Of a stretch of 57,876 bases of DNA, positions 38,057-50,779 are shown in pieces. The stretch covers positions 11,870,407 to 11,928,282 of the forward strand of contig NC_057751.1 of assembly GCF_004010195.1 (NCBI RefSeq), read 5' to 3'. Every line of letters starts with the position of its first letter. Within the stretch, counting starts at the first letter, position 1. A program made the position numbers and the translations under genes. Source of the DNA: Chiloscyllium plagiosum. Lineage: Eukaryota. Under the pieces are notes generated by a model. It saw only the letters and a program-made list of their open reading frames with translations, had not been told where the DNA came from and did not search any database.

Positions 38057-38887
38057 AAAAAAACTTTAAGAATATATTTTTATTGAAAAATAGATTTTTA
38101 AATGTTACAACAAATACAAAACAATACAAAGAAAGTACACCAAAAAAATGTAAACAACCCAAACTGCCCTCTTGTATTCATGTATAAACATAGATAAAAG
38201 TATTTTAAAAACCCAACTAACTACTTAACGAAATAAATAATAACTAACAACTAATAGATAACAATAATACAGCTCAGCAAAACAAAACACTAACTCTCAA
38301 ATATCGAGAACATTAATTTTCATCTATTGATATGTTCGCAGTTCCCTCTGTCTGGATATTGGACTCGTCAAGCACAATTGTTACAACTGTATAAAAGCCC
38401 TTCTTAGTGTGACAGACAAGTCTGTGTCCAGGTAGTCCAAAAAGGACAGCCATGTTGTCCAAAAAGGACAGCCATGTCTTATAGAAATTCAGTTTTGTGG
38501 TGTACCACACTTGTAAGAAAGTCCAAGGGGATATATTCCATAACAATCTTACGCCAATCGGACAGGCCCGGGGGATTTTCAGACACCCAACCTAAAAAGA
38601 TATTCTTTCTTGCACAGAAAGTGAGGATGTTGAAAAGTGTTTTCTTATGCGCATCTACAAGGATAACACTGGGCAGGCCAAGAGGAAGAGAGATCGGGTC
38701 CTTCTCCACCCTTACACCCAAAATCTCCTCCATTGCTCCTGCCACAGCACTCCAGTATGTTTCAAGCCTACCACAGGACCAGTGACAATGGGTGAGGGTG
38801 CCCGTACTGACTTTACACTTGGGGCATGTTGAAGATACCCCGGTTTAAATTTTGACAAATGATCCAGAGCCAAGTGGACCCTGTGGA

Positions 38888-39143
38888 TTAGATTACTAGA
38901 TTAGATTAGATTACTTTACAGTGTGGAAACAGGCCCTTCGGCCCAACAAGTCCACACCGACCCGCCGAAGCGCAACCCACCCATACCCCTACATTTACCC
39001 CTTATCTAACACTACGGACAATTTAGCATGGCCAATTCACCTGACCCTGCACATCTTTGGACTGTGGGAGGAAACCGGAGCACCCGGAGGAAACCCACGC
39101 AGACACGGGGAGAATGTGCAAACTCCACACAGTCAGTGTGCAG
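38888..39143 (-). mobile_element. 5'-truncated HE1-like V-SINE inserted in the L1
   Basis: (TTAGA)n tail; tgtgga duplicated at 38882-38887 and 39144-39149. Confidence 0.92.
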
Positions 39144-41732
39144 TGTGGAGAATCTTCAACTGTAAAGCATGGGTCATATTGCAAATTGATATCTTTCTTG
39201 CATTTCCCAAATATCTTCCCCTGCCTCTGAGGAGACCTTAACACCTAGTTCTTTCTCCCACACCCTGCAAAGTCGATCAAACTCATCTGAGGGGGCACCC
39301 CCCAGTTGATGATATAAAGTGCTGACAGAAAGTGCACTCTTAGCACTGAGCACCCTCCTTTCTATGTCAGATTTGTAGGGATCAGTCAAAAGTGTAGTCT
39401 TTTTTTTGAATAAAATCCCTAACTGAAAAAAAACAGAAGAGATGCCTGCTAGATAGCTTGTATTTCCGCGCTAGCTGATCAAAATACATCATTGCGTCTC
39501 CCTCAAATAAATCACCCATGCAAGACACACCCCTAGCTGCCCAATGTTTGAGTCCTGAATCTATCATCCCTCTTTGAAAACCCAGCTTACCCACTATAAG
39601 TGTAAGTAAAGATGTTTTGCCAGTATTGCCTTCCCTCTGCCGAATTGCCCTTCATGCTTTAACAGTATTGCTAACAATTGGATTATGGCAATATTCCTTA
39701 ACTGTCCTCATTTTGTCCAAAAACAGCAAAATAGTAAGGGAGCACTTTGCCTGAGCGGTTTTGATATCTAACCATATTGAAAAAGGGTCCACGCAAGCCC
39801 AATCACTCACGTTAGATAAAAGCGAGCTCAGTTGATAATTTTTCATGTCCGGGAGATCTACTCCCTCTAGTCTGTGAGACAATTGCAGTTTAGCTAATTT
39901 AATAAGGGGATGCTTATGATGCCAAATAAAAGAGCTAAACCAGCTGTTCAGTCTGCTGAAGGTTTGCTTATCGAAAATCAGGGGGAGCATCTGTCTCGGG
40001 TACAACAAATGGGGGAGGATATTCATCTTAATAAGAGCTATCCGATCTAACCACCAGACCGGAAGCGCCTCCCCATCTTTGAAGGTCTTGTTTGATTTTG
40101 TCAAAAATTGATCAAAATTAGCTTTAAACAACCTGGCAAGAACCAGTGATGAATATATCCAAATACATAACCCGCCCCTGCCATGACCACTTAAATGGGA
40201 ATCGAGATTTTCCGTCAACACCAAGCACCTTCATAAGACCACCCATTGGCATAGCCTCTGATTTGACAAAATTAATCTTGTGCCCTGAAAAGGTGCCAGA
40301 TGAGCTGATGCATTGTCTCAGGCAAGCACTGAAACTGGTGGATTTGACAAAAAAAATGAGGATGTCATCCCCGTACAAGGAAATCTTATGTAATTTTTAC
40401 CCCACTTCTGGAGCCAATATATTGGGATCCCTACGAATGGCCTCCACCAACAGTTCAATCACCAGTGTGAAAGCAATGGTGAAAGTGGACAGCCCCGTTG
40501 GCTGCCCCTAAAAATGCTAAAATTGCTTGATTGTACCCCGTTGGTGTTGACCGCAGCAAAAGGTTCACTGTAGAGAATCTTTACCCATCTTATAAAGGCC
40601 TCACCCATGTCAAACCGCTTGAGAGTATGAAAATGGCACGGCCTCTCAACTCTGTCAATTGCCTTCTCTGCATCTCGAGAAATCACCAATTCCTGTGTTG
40701 ACTATTGTTGACACGCTTGAATTACATTAAGCAGCCTCCGAACATTATTGGAGGATCTGCGACCCTTTATGAAGCTCGTCTGGACTGTTAAACAATAGAA
40801 GGTAATACAGTTTCCAGCCTTAACACTAGAGTCTTAGAGAGGATTTTACCATCAACATTTAAGAGTGAAATGGGCCTGTAAGAAGCACAGTCCTCCAGGA
40901 CATTCCCTTTTTTCAGATTAAGCGAAATATTGGCAGAGGACGATCATGACTGTACAACTCATTGAACATGTTGAGCATCAGGCCTGACAATATACTTATA
41001 AATTCCATATAAAATTTGCTGGGAAGTCCATCAGGACTGGGTGCCTTCCCACTCTAAAGTTGCTTCACAGCCTCCTGCACCTCTTGCTCTGATAAGGGGG
41101 CATTGAGAAAAGACACTTGTTCGGGGGTCATGCCCAGGAGTTCCAGATCCTTGAAAAAGGACTGCATTTTGGCCCGCCCCTACTCACAACCCTCAGATTG
41201 ACATATTTCTCTGAAATGCCACATTAATCTTTTTGGTATCACGTTAGGTTCCCAGACCTTTCCCGAATAGCTTGAGGGGCACTCCTTTTCCTGGCGAGAT
41301 ACGCTAGGTACTTGCCCAGTTTGTCACCATGCTCATGTAATCCTTGTTTTGCAAAACTAAGCTCCTTCTTTGCTGTCTGCATGAGCACCGAATTCAATGC
41401 AGACCGCAGCACCGTGATCCTCTGTAGCTTGGCCAATGAGTGCCTGTCCATGTCAGCCTTCTCAGCTGCCTGCAACTGTGCTTCAAGGAGATGTTGCTGC
41501 TCGCCCTTCTGCCGCTTCTTACTGACAGCATAAGAAATAACTAACCCCCGGCATAGGCTTTGGCAGTTTCCCAAAAGACAGACAAGCTACTAACCGAATC
41601 TGAGTTAATGTCTATGAACACCCTAAATTCCTGAGAGAAGTACTCCACAAACTTATTAAGGAAAAAGGGATCCATTTGCCACTGCCTCAGGCCTGTTATA
41701 GTGTCCTTAATCTTAACCCATAGGTACACTGG

Positions 41733-42027
41733 TTCCCCCCACCTTGTCTCAGCCGAATCCCTCCAGCCCGGCACCGCCTTCCTGACCTGCAGTCTTCTTC
41801 TTGACCTCTCCGCCTCCATCCTACTCCGACCTATCACCCTCACCTTGACCTCTTTCCACCTATCACATTTCCAACGCCCCTCCTCAAGTCCCTCCTCCCT
41901 ACCTTTTATCTTCTCCTGCTGAACACTCTCTGCTCATTCCTGAAGAAGGGCCTGTGCCCGAAACGTCGAATCTCCTGTTCCCTGGATGCTGCCTGACCTG
42001 CTGTGCTGTTCCAGCAATAAAGTTTCA
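41733..42027 (+). mobile_element. Penelope-derived insertion in the L1 endonuclease, 7-bp TSD
   Basis: acactgg at 41726-41732 and 42028-42034; removing it restores ITNADHSPVYLWVKIKD; homologous to about 97-380. Confidence 0.9.
41936..41971 (+). ncRNA. Minimal type-I hammerhead ribozyme motif, best-preserved copy
   Basis: ATTC CTGAAGA a GGGC ctgt GCCC GAAA c GTC GAAT: stem I ATTC/GAAT, stem II GGGC/GCCC, palindromic ACGT. Confidence 0.72.
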
Positions 42028-44711
42028 ACACTGGAGAATGATCAGCGTTGGTAATATTACCAATTGTACAAGATACCACCAAGTCCAGGGTTGCCATGGG
42101 GGTCAGAAATAAATCAATCCTGGTGTGGAATCTGTATGGATTGGAAAAAAAACTTAAAATCCCTGCCTGTACGGTGGAGATGCCTCCAGACGTCTGCCAA
42201 CCCTAACTCCACACAGATCCACTAAATATTTAGTTTATACAGAGGATATCGGGGGGGGTGGTGGTGGTCTTTGGGCATCCATGAGACAGTTAAAATCTCC
42301 CCTATAATGAAATGCCGGGACTCAAGACTGATCAATTTAGAGAACGCATCTACCAGAAATTTGAGGGGATGGACCAGAGGTCAGTAAACATTTAAAACAT
42401 CATATTCTTCCTGGTTTATCGGGGCTTAGAGGATTACAAACCTTCTGTGTGTGTTTTTAACACACTCGAGGAACTTAAATGGGAGATTTCTCCTAACCAA
42501 TATCACCACTCCTCTGCTTCTGGTATTAAAAGATAAAAAGTAAACTTGATCAAAGCCATTCTGCGGTAGTTTCAAATGCTCCCTATCATCCAAATGTGCC
42601 TCCTGTAAAAAAAATAATATTTACGTTTTCCTTACTAAGACTCGAGAGTACGCTTTTCCTCTTGATTGGTGAGTGACTCCCCTTGATGTTGCAGGGCACT
42701 ATTGAATCAAGTCATTCGCCATAACCTTCTGCAATAACATTTAAATTCCAGAGAGGAGGAACTCTAATTACAAGTCGCCGAGCCTTAATGTCGTAAGGTC
42801 CATCGAACGTAAAAATGACATAAACTCAAACCACTACCGTTAATAAACCTACAAAGCTATCAAAGACTATGTACAACAAAAACCAAAAAACAAACCAACA
42901 CATAAAGCACCAATGGCGCTGAATAAGGGAACTCACCTCCTGCCCAAAGGTTGCATCTGCACATCCCAAAACCCAACTTCCTGTCCCACTGCCAATATTG
43001 CAGCCAGGGCATTTAAATACCTGAACCGGGCATAAACTGCCTGTGAGTAGGCATCTAGCCATCCCAACCATTTTCTCTCCTAGCTAGAGCCGCACCACAA
43101 ACACAAGCAGAAAAGAAAGAAAATACACCATGAAATATCAAAGTGAACAAAGAAATTTTGAATAAAAAGGTAAGTACCCTACCCATCCTTTGGTAGAACT
43201 TAATTTAGAAATTGAAAGTACAAATCCCAACTGCCCCTGAGCATAGTTGGGACCAAATTATTACTAATTAAAAAAAAGGAAAAGAAAGCCCTGACCAGAC
43301 TTCCTCTTTTTTTTAAAAAGTAGAGACATACCCAAACAACACTACTATTTATACATACTAAATTGTTCAGATTAAGTTAATTTGTCCACAAAGTCTCTTG
43401 CCTTCTCTGATGCGTCAAAGAGATATACAGATCTATCTGAGGTTATCCGAAGCACTGCCAGATCCTGAGCTCCCTCAGTCTTTTCTTGATGCTGTTATAA
43501 GATTTTCTTTTCCGGATCACTGCCGCTGAGGAGACCTGGAAGAACATCAGCTTACAGCTCTCGTAAACTCTGGCCTTTAGATCCTTCCCCTGGGTTCTGG
43601 AAGCTTCCACGATTTTCTTCTTATCTATATAGCGATGAAACTGCACCAAAACAGGATGAGGACATTGGTCCAGACCTGACCTCAATGCCATAACCTGGTG
43701 AGCCCTCCAAATTGTCAAGCTTCTCATTCCAGCCTCCACTTTAATGAATTTCAGCAACCAGTTGTCAATAAATTCCACCAGTCGCTCACCTTCCTTACCC
43801 TCCAGCAGACCGATAATCTGAATATTTTTCTCCTGCCTCTGTTCTCGAGGTCATCAACCTGGCCAAGCAAATTGCTGACCTGCATCTCCAGGGCCTGGAT
43901 CCATTCATGGAGAAACTGGTATCAGCTTTCATCTCTGTGACTCTACATTCTACCTTATCCGTCCTTTTCTTCAGGTCTCCGAGCTGCTGTTCATGCTTCT
44001 GCAGCATGATACGAGATAAGGGCCAGCTTCTCCTCTATCTGCTTACCCAACATCTCGCGAGGTTTCGCAAAATCCTTTACCAGGACCTGGTAGGAAATAG
44101 AGTCTGACGATCCTCCAGCCTGGGCCGCAGACCCGGCCTTGAACGTACCTCCTCCCTTCTTCAGCATCCTTGGGTGGCGAAAACTGAGATAAGTTACTCT
44201 CTGACAATTTCGTGGGACTCTACAACCTTTCCAGCATTCCAGGATATCACACTGATCCGAGTAGAGCAGGTTAGGACTTTGTCCCGCTTGCTTTGTGGTG
44301 CGGAGCTCTGCAACGCAACCTTCCTACATTGCCACCATCTTGGATCCTCCCCGATCAGAAAACCTTTTTTAAAAAAATGGATTTAAGGACTTTGAGTGTG
44401 CTGCATAATGAATGTTCATTAGATTAATTACCATTTAAGTTTAGAAAATCTCTTCCAAGATATGGTTTTAAACATACTGGAGTTCTTGTTTGCAACACAG
44501 TTGAAATTGGCTGCAAGGTACATGAAAATATTGTGTTTGGTCTAAACCCATCTTTGCTTCATTTTTGTCACAGCTGATGCAAAAGTCTCTCAAAAAGGGT
44601 TAACTTTAAAAGCACTGTGAAGGCTAAATTTCTTTGAAAAGGGTTATCAATCTTTTTTTTATTGGAAGAAAAATGAGCACAAGCATAAAATCCCACCTAT
44701 TCACCATCAAG

Positions 44712-45180
44712 GACCATAAGACCATAAAACATAGGAGTGAAATTGGGCCATTCAGCCAATCAAAGCCGCTCCACCATTCAATCATGGCTGAAACATTTCT
44801 CAACTCCATTCTCCCACTTTCTCTCCGTAACCCTTGATCTCCCTTACAATCAAGAACCTATCTATCTCAGTCTTAAATGTATTCAATGACCTGGTCTCCA
44901 CAGCCTTCTGTGGCAATGAATTCCATAGATTTGCCACTCTCTTGCTGAAGAAGTTTCTCTTTATCTCCACTCTAAAAGGTCTTCTCTTTTCTCTAAGGCT
45001 GTGTTGTCTGGTCCAAATCTGTTCTACAAAAGGAAACATCTTCCCAACATCCACTCTGTCCAGGCCATTCAGTATTCTGTAAGTTTCAATTCGATCTACC
45101 CGCATCTTTCTGAACTCCATTGAGTATAGACCCAGAATCCTCAAACGTTCCTCAAACATTAAGCTTTTCATTCCTGGGAC
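44712..45180 (-). mobile_element. CR1 3' fragment
   Basis: ORF 44800-45189 ERLRILGLYSMEFRKMR...NLWNSLP. Confidence 0.9.
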
Positions 45181-45279
45181 TGACTCCAAGTTTATGGTTT
45201 TCTGTCGTAATAATTCTCAGTTCACTCTCATTCTGACCTTATTGCCTTCATTCTCCTCTGCTGTTCCAATAAAACTCCA

Positions 45280-45640
45280 GGTCAGCTTGAGGAATAGAAC
45301 CACATCTTTGAATTAGGCACTTCACAGTCTTCCAGACTCAACACCGTGTTCAACATTTTCAGACCATAACCCTCTGCCTTGACTTTTTATTTTTGTTTTT
45401 GAATAACAACTGTCGATGAAATTTATGTGATTCCTATTTGCAAATTGTCTGCACTTATATTTTGTTTACATATTATATTGCTATTTCCTTTTGCCTTTTC
45501 TCATCATTGCTTTGGCCACTTAATCTCTCTCCTGCCTTAAACCCTATCAAGACTGGCCTTTTTTTGCACTTTATTTAAACCTGGAGCAACATTTCTTTGA
45601 AATTTTGATGAAAGGTCAACAACCAAAATATTGTTTTTTT
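45280..45640 (+). mobile_element. Old Penelope-like 3' remnant
   Basis: LEE*NHIFELGTSQSSRLNTVFNIFRP* resembles the GIY-YIG end; tttgatgaaaggtc decayed core near 45605. Confidence 0.55.
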
Positions 45641-45700
45641 AGATTGTCTGTTTATTGGGTATTTTCACCATTTAAAAAAAATTAAAAACCTTCAGCATTT

Positions 45701-46000
45701 GTGCACGGTGGCTCAGTGGTGAGCACTGCTGCATCACAGCACCAAGGTCCCAGGTTCAATTCCAGCCTTGGGCGACTGTCTGTGTGGAGTTTGCACATTC
45801 TCTCCGTGTCTGCGTGGGTTTCCTCCGGGTGCTCCGGTTTCCTCCCACAGTCCAAAGATGTGCAGCCAGGTGAATTGGTTATGCTAAATTGCCCATAGCG
45901 TTAGGTGCATTAGTCAGAGGGAGATGGGGGGTCTGGATGGGTTACTCTTCGGAGAGTCAGTGTGGACTGGTTGGTCCGAAGGGAATCTAATCTAATCTAA
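45701..46000 (+). mobile_element. HE1-like V-SINE
   Basis: A/B boxes, V domain, aatctaatctaatcta tail. Confidence 0.9.
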
Positions 46001-47886
46001 ATTTGCAGTATTTTGGTTTGGTGAAGTCTGTTCGCTAGCTAGAGCCTCCAGCAATGACTGACCTTTTTTGTTATGTGGTTGTATGAGATTGCTTCCATGA
46101 TGCACCAAGTTTAGCTTGTGTTCACTGCTATCTACCACGTGGAATTCATGCTTGTTATTTTTTTCTTTATTGTAAGGAGTAAGAGCTAATCAAGTGTAGC
46201 TTTGAAAAAGGGAATTTGACTTATATATTCAAGATTAACATGACGAATGTAAGTGTTTGGTACAGAGATTGACCATTAGCTACCCCCTCCCCCAACATTC
46301 TCAGCTATTTAATCAGACCATGGCTGATCTGTTTTTCACCTCAACTTCACATTGTCACTTACTCCTGATAACACGTAATCCTCCCTTGCTTTTGTAATAA
46401 TTTAACCAATGCTTCTTTAAAAATTTTCATAAACGATTAACTGTTTGATGAAGAGATTTCCAAAGACTCATGATGCTCTTTGAGAAACAATTTGCGCTCA
46501 ACTTTGTCTTACATCTTTACCCCTTATTTGTAAACGATGACTGCTATTTCTGGATTCTAATATCCACACACACCCTATCAAGCTCCTTCAAGAGCTTGGG
46601 GAGCTCTCTCTATATTAAGTCAATTCTAATCTTTCTCTCTCCCTCCCTTGTTGAATTAATTAAGGAGTTACATTTGCTATCTTCCAATCTAATGGACTGT
46701 TCCTCAAATCTTGGTTATTTTAGAAATATAACTGAAGACTAATTTTTAAAATTTCTGTCCAATTATTGTAATTATACTTATTGCGATGATGTTGAGATGT
46801 ATGGCACTCATAAAATCTCCCCAAAATTTACATTTTGTCGCATTGATTATTTAAAACCATTTTACCAGGGCTTTGATAAGAATATCATAGTCAGCTGTAG
46901 TCCATTAAAATATTAAAATAAGTACAGCTTGTATATCTTGAGAAAATGTACTTTTCAGTGAAAGCATGTATCTATTTGTAGATTCAGATGAAAAAGACTG
47001 AGGAACTCAGTTTGTGTTGTTGACTTATTAACTTTTGCACTATAGCTGAGTTGAAAGAAATTATTTGCTACAAATTATGTCAGGCTGTTAGTCATTCAGT
47101 GGATGCTGTCCTTTTTACATGCCTTTCTGACTGCAGAGTCAAAGAAAGCAAATAAAAGCTTCCATTTATATTGCACCTTTTATTCCCTCAGGATTGGTTC
47201 TCGTGAAGTATGTTTTGAATGTGGTCGTTGTTGCAATGTGCACATCCAGCACCTAGTTTGTAAAGTGCACATTCCTCTGAACAGCAAATAGATAATGATC
47301 AAAAAATGTGTTTTTGCTTTTTATCAGGCATAAATCATGGCCTCAGAATACCCTCCTGCCCTTGAAATGGAATTATTTATGTCCATCGAGAAAGCAAACG
47401 CATTCCCAGTTTGAAATCTCATCAAAAAATGGCACCTTCATCAGTGTAACATGCCCTCAGTATTGAAATAGTGTCAACTGGATTCTGACTGATACCACTG
47501 TTATAGGACTTGAATCTGTACTGTTGTGACTCAAAGACAAAAATAGCTACTAACTGAACCAAGACGAATATTCAAATGTGCTTGTTAAAGTCCAAAAGCT
47601 GCATGGCTTCTTCTCTGCAGCAGCAGGAGAGCCAGAAACGTAGCAAAATGTAGAAGGCAGTATTGCTTCCCTGTCCTGCATTCCTCACAACATCACCTGA
47701 CTAAAATGCTTCCGATGCATTCCATTGTTATGTAGTTAATGATACTGTATTTTGCAATTTGTAGGAACCTGACCACTTCCAGATTATTTCTATTAACACC
47801 AATTCAAAAATAATTGACAAATGCACATCAGATGTTTGAAAAGTGATTGATGTAAGAAAAGTGTACCTGTCATTGTTTCTCCACAG

Positions 47887-48097
47887 AGGATTACTGCAGA
47901 CAAGTGACACTCATTATGCAATTGAACCACTTGAGTCCTCCAGTACCTTCCAACATATTGTTTATCGTATGGAGGATCTGCTTGAAGAACATTTAGTCTG
48001 TGGAGTATCGGATTTGGCCAGCACTATGCAGCCAGTTGATCAGGAGCGTGCAGAACAACATTCCCATGATGGTCACAGTATGACGGGCTTCCTGCGC
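47887..48097 (+). CDS. ADAM9: ADAM9-like exon (probably exon 6), prodomain with cysteine switch
   Basis: Acceptor tttctccacag, donor CTGCGC/gtaagt; 211 nt, phase 2 to 0; contains YAIEPL, HIVYRMED and the cysteine-switch-like VCGVS. Confidence 0.95.
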
Positions 48098-48529
48098 GTA
48101 AGTCATAAGGCCTTTTGTATTCAATTATTGCTAATCATTTGTACATCTCTTAATTACTGAGTTTGGAGCTCAGTGATAACATTTCTACCTCTGGTCCAGG
48201 AGGCCGAAGTTCAAGTCCCACCTGGCTGTGAGGTGTGTCAGAATATGTCTAAGCAGGTTAATTGAAGTTTTTTTCAATTGAAAAATGTATGAGGTTACAG
48301 AGATGAGCTTTCTATCCATTCATTTAGTAGGTGGAGGCACTGCTGGCAAGATCAGCATTTCTTGCACTTATGTAATTGCTCGAGAGAAGGGATGGTGAAT
48401 CGTCTTCTTGACAATTCAGTGATTTGGTCATTTTCACAAACTATGCATGTTATCACCTAGTTCTGACTGCCAGATATACCTGAGACAAATTGCAGTGAGG
48501 GAGCCAGGTGACAGTTACATGTTAACAAA

Positions 48530-50245
48530 AGAATCAAGAACAAAAGAAAAGTACAGCACAGGAAAAGGCCTTCAGCCCTCCAAGCCTGTGCCAATCATCA
48601 TGCCCTAACTGAACTAAAAATACAAACCTTCTTCCCTTAATCGGTCCATATCCCTCTCTTCCCTCCCTGTTCATGTAACCATCCAGATGCCCCTGAAATA
48701 TTGCCAAAGTGCTTGCTTCCACCACCTCTTAGGGCAGTGCATTCCAGGCTCCTACCACTCTCTATATGAAAAACTTCCTTCGCACATCTCCTTTCAACTT
48801 TTCTCCTCTCAGTTTGAACCTGTGACCTCTTGTAATTGTAACCTCAGCTTTGGGAAAAAGCCTCTCGATATTTCTCATAATTCTGTAGACCTTTATCAGC
48901 CTCTCAGCCGCCATCTTTCCAGTGAAAACAATTGTGTTTTTTTTTAACCTTTCTCAATGCCAATGTCCTTGAGACCAGGCAACATCCTTCTCTGCACTCT
49001 CTCCAAAGCTTCCACATACTTCTGGTAGTGTGGTGACCAAAATAGCACACAATACTCCAAATGCAGCCTAATAAGGGTTTCATATAGGTGCAACATGGTT
49101 TGTCAACTCTTGTACTCCATGGTCTGGCCAATGATGGCAAGCATGCTATATGCCGCCTTAATCACTTTGGCCACCCGTGTTATCACTTTTAGGAACTGTG
49201 GACCTGCACAACCAGATCTGTCTGTATGTTAATGTTCCTAAGGGTTCTGCCATTTACAGTATGATTCACACCTAAATTTGATCCTCTAAAATGCATCACC
49301 TTGCATTTGTATGGATTAAACTCCATCTGCCAATTCTGTGCCCAAATCACCAATCTATTTGTATCCTTTCACAATTGTCGGCACTATCAGCAACTCCATC
49401 AATTTATGTGTCATCTGCAAACTTAGTAATCAGACCATCTGCATTTTCCTTTAGATTATTTATATGTACTACAAACAACAGAAGACCCAAGACTGATCCC
49501 TGTGGAACACCACTAGTTACCAATTCCCATTCTGAAAATCACCCTTTTACTGCTACCCTCTGTTTTCTGTGACGAAGCCAGTTTTGTATCCATCTAGCCA
49601 GCCCAGCCTGAATCCATGTCATTTTAGTTTTTGTAGCAATCTGCTATGTGGGACTTCATCAAAGTCCATGCTGAAGTCCACAGCCCTACCGTCACCGACT
49701 ATCTTCGCCCCATCTTCAAAAATTTCAATCACGTTGGTGAGCCATGACCTTCCGTGTACATGCTGCCTGTCACTAACTAGTCCATTTTCTTCCAAATGTG
49801 CATATATTTTGTCCCTTGGTATCTTCTCCAAGAGCTTCCCCACCACAGATATCAGGCTCACTGGCCTATAATCTTCTTAAACAAGGGAACAATATTGGCT
49901 AATCTCCAGTCCTCTGTGAAGATATCTAATAACACCCCAGCTATTTCTTCCCTTGCCTCTTGCAGTAACCTGGGATAGATCCTATCTGGCCCTGGGGACT
50001 TGTCTACCTAAGTGCAATTTAGAATACCCAAATCTTCCTCCTTTACTATATTGACATTCGCCAGAGTATTCACACACTCGTCCCTTACCTCAACATTAGT
50101 CATGGCTTTCTTCTTGGTGAATACCAATACAAAGTATTAAGGATCTCTCCCACTTCCTGTGGCTCCACCCATAGCTTCCCTCCTTTGTCTTTGTGCGGGC
50201 CTATTCTTTACCTTGCTACCCTCCTTGTTCTAATATATGCATAAA
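48530..50245 (-). mobile_element. Decayed CR1 LINE RT and 3' end
   Basis: SVVGKLLEKI..., VPQGSVLG and KFADDT on the - strand. Confidence 0.88.
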
Positions 50246-50573
50246 AATAACAGGTATAATTGGGCATGAGCTAAGTGGATATACATGTATGTTATTACAT
50301 TTTATATTTATTCTTGTATTATTTTTATGTATATTTATGGGCATGAGTATGGTCACTGATTTGAGGAAAGCAAATGTTTCCTGTAAATTACATCAGGTTA
50401 CTAGTTGCCAAGCAGCTGACTTCATGGTTGTTGGAGTTTTGTGATGTGAGTCTAAAAACCACTGACAAGGGAAAATACATGCTTGGACACTGCCTAACCA
50501 ACCTTTTAACTTCTGGTGTTTATCAGTTAGAAGTCTATTAGATTTCTTTGTACTAAGACTCACAAGTATGCCA

Positions 50574-50700
50574 AAATCAAGAACAGAATTTGCTGGAAAA
50601 GCTCAGCAGGTCTGGCAGCGTCTGGGGAGAGAAATCAGAGTTAACATTTTGGTTCAAGTGACCCTTCCTCAAAATCCAGCATCCACTATTCTTTTGGTTT
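50574..50700 (-). mobile_element. Penelope-derived short insertion with inverted end and degenerate 14-bp TSD
   Basis: tcacaagtatgcca (50560-50573) versus tcacaagaaagcca (50701-50714). Confidence 0.65.
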
Positions 50701-50779
50701 TCACAAGAAAGCCAGACAGGGTAATGATGACAGATATCCTTTGCCATTTGTTAACCAGATGGATGTTTATGACACGTAT

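Larger units (their letters stand above)
38068..44352 (-). mobile_element. Full-span decayed L1-clade LINE (5' UTR, ORF1 about 43380-44170, spacer, ORF2 from 42722, AATAAA)
   Basis: ORF1 coiled-coil and PVLVQFHRYIDK; ORF2 ADHSPV, WETAKAY, DAEKAIDRV, RGSQRGCPLSPLL, YGDDILI, RIALIKMNILP; polyA signal at 38079-38084. Confidence 0.92.

Noticed and set aside
38313..44170. Active RT/endonuclease genes or a retron-like system
   Set aside because: Fragmented by stops, frameshifts and insertions; ordinary L1 remnants
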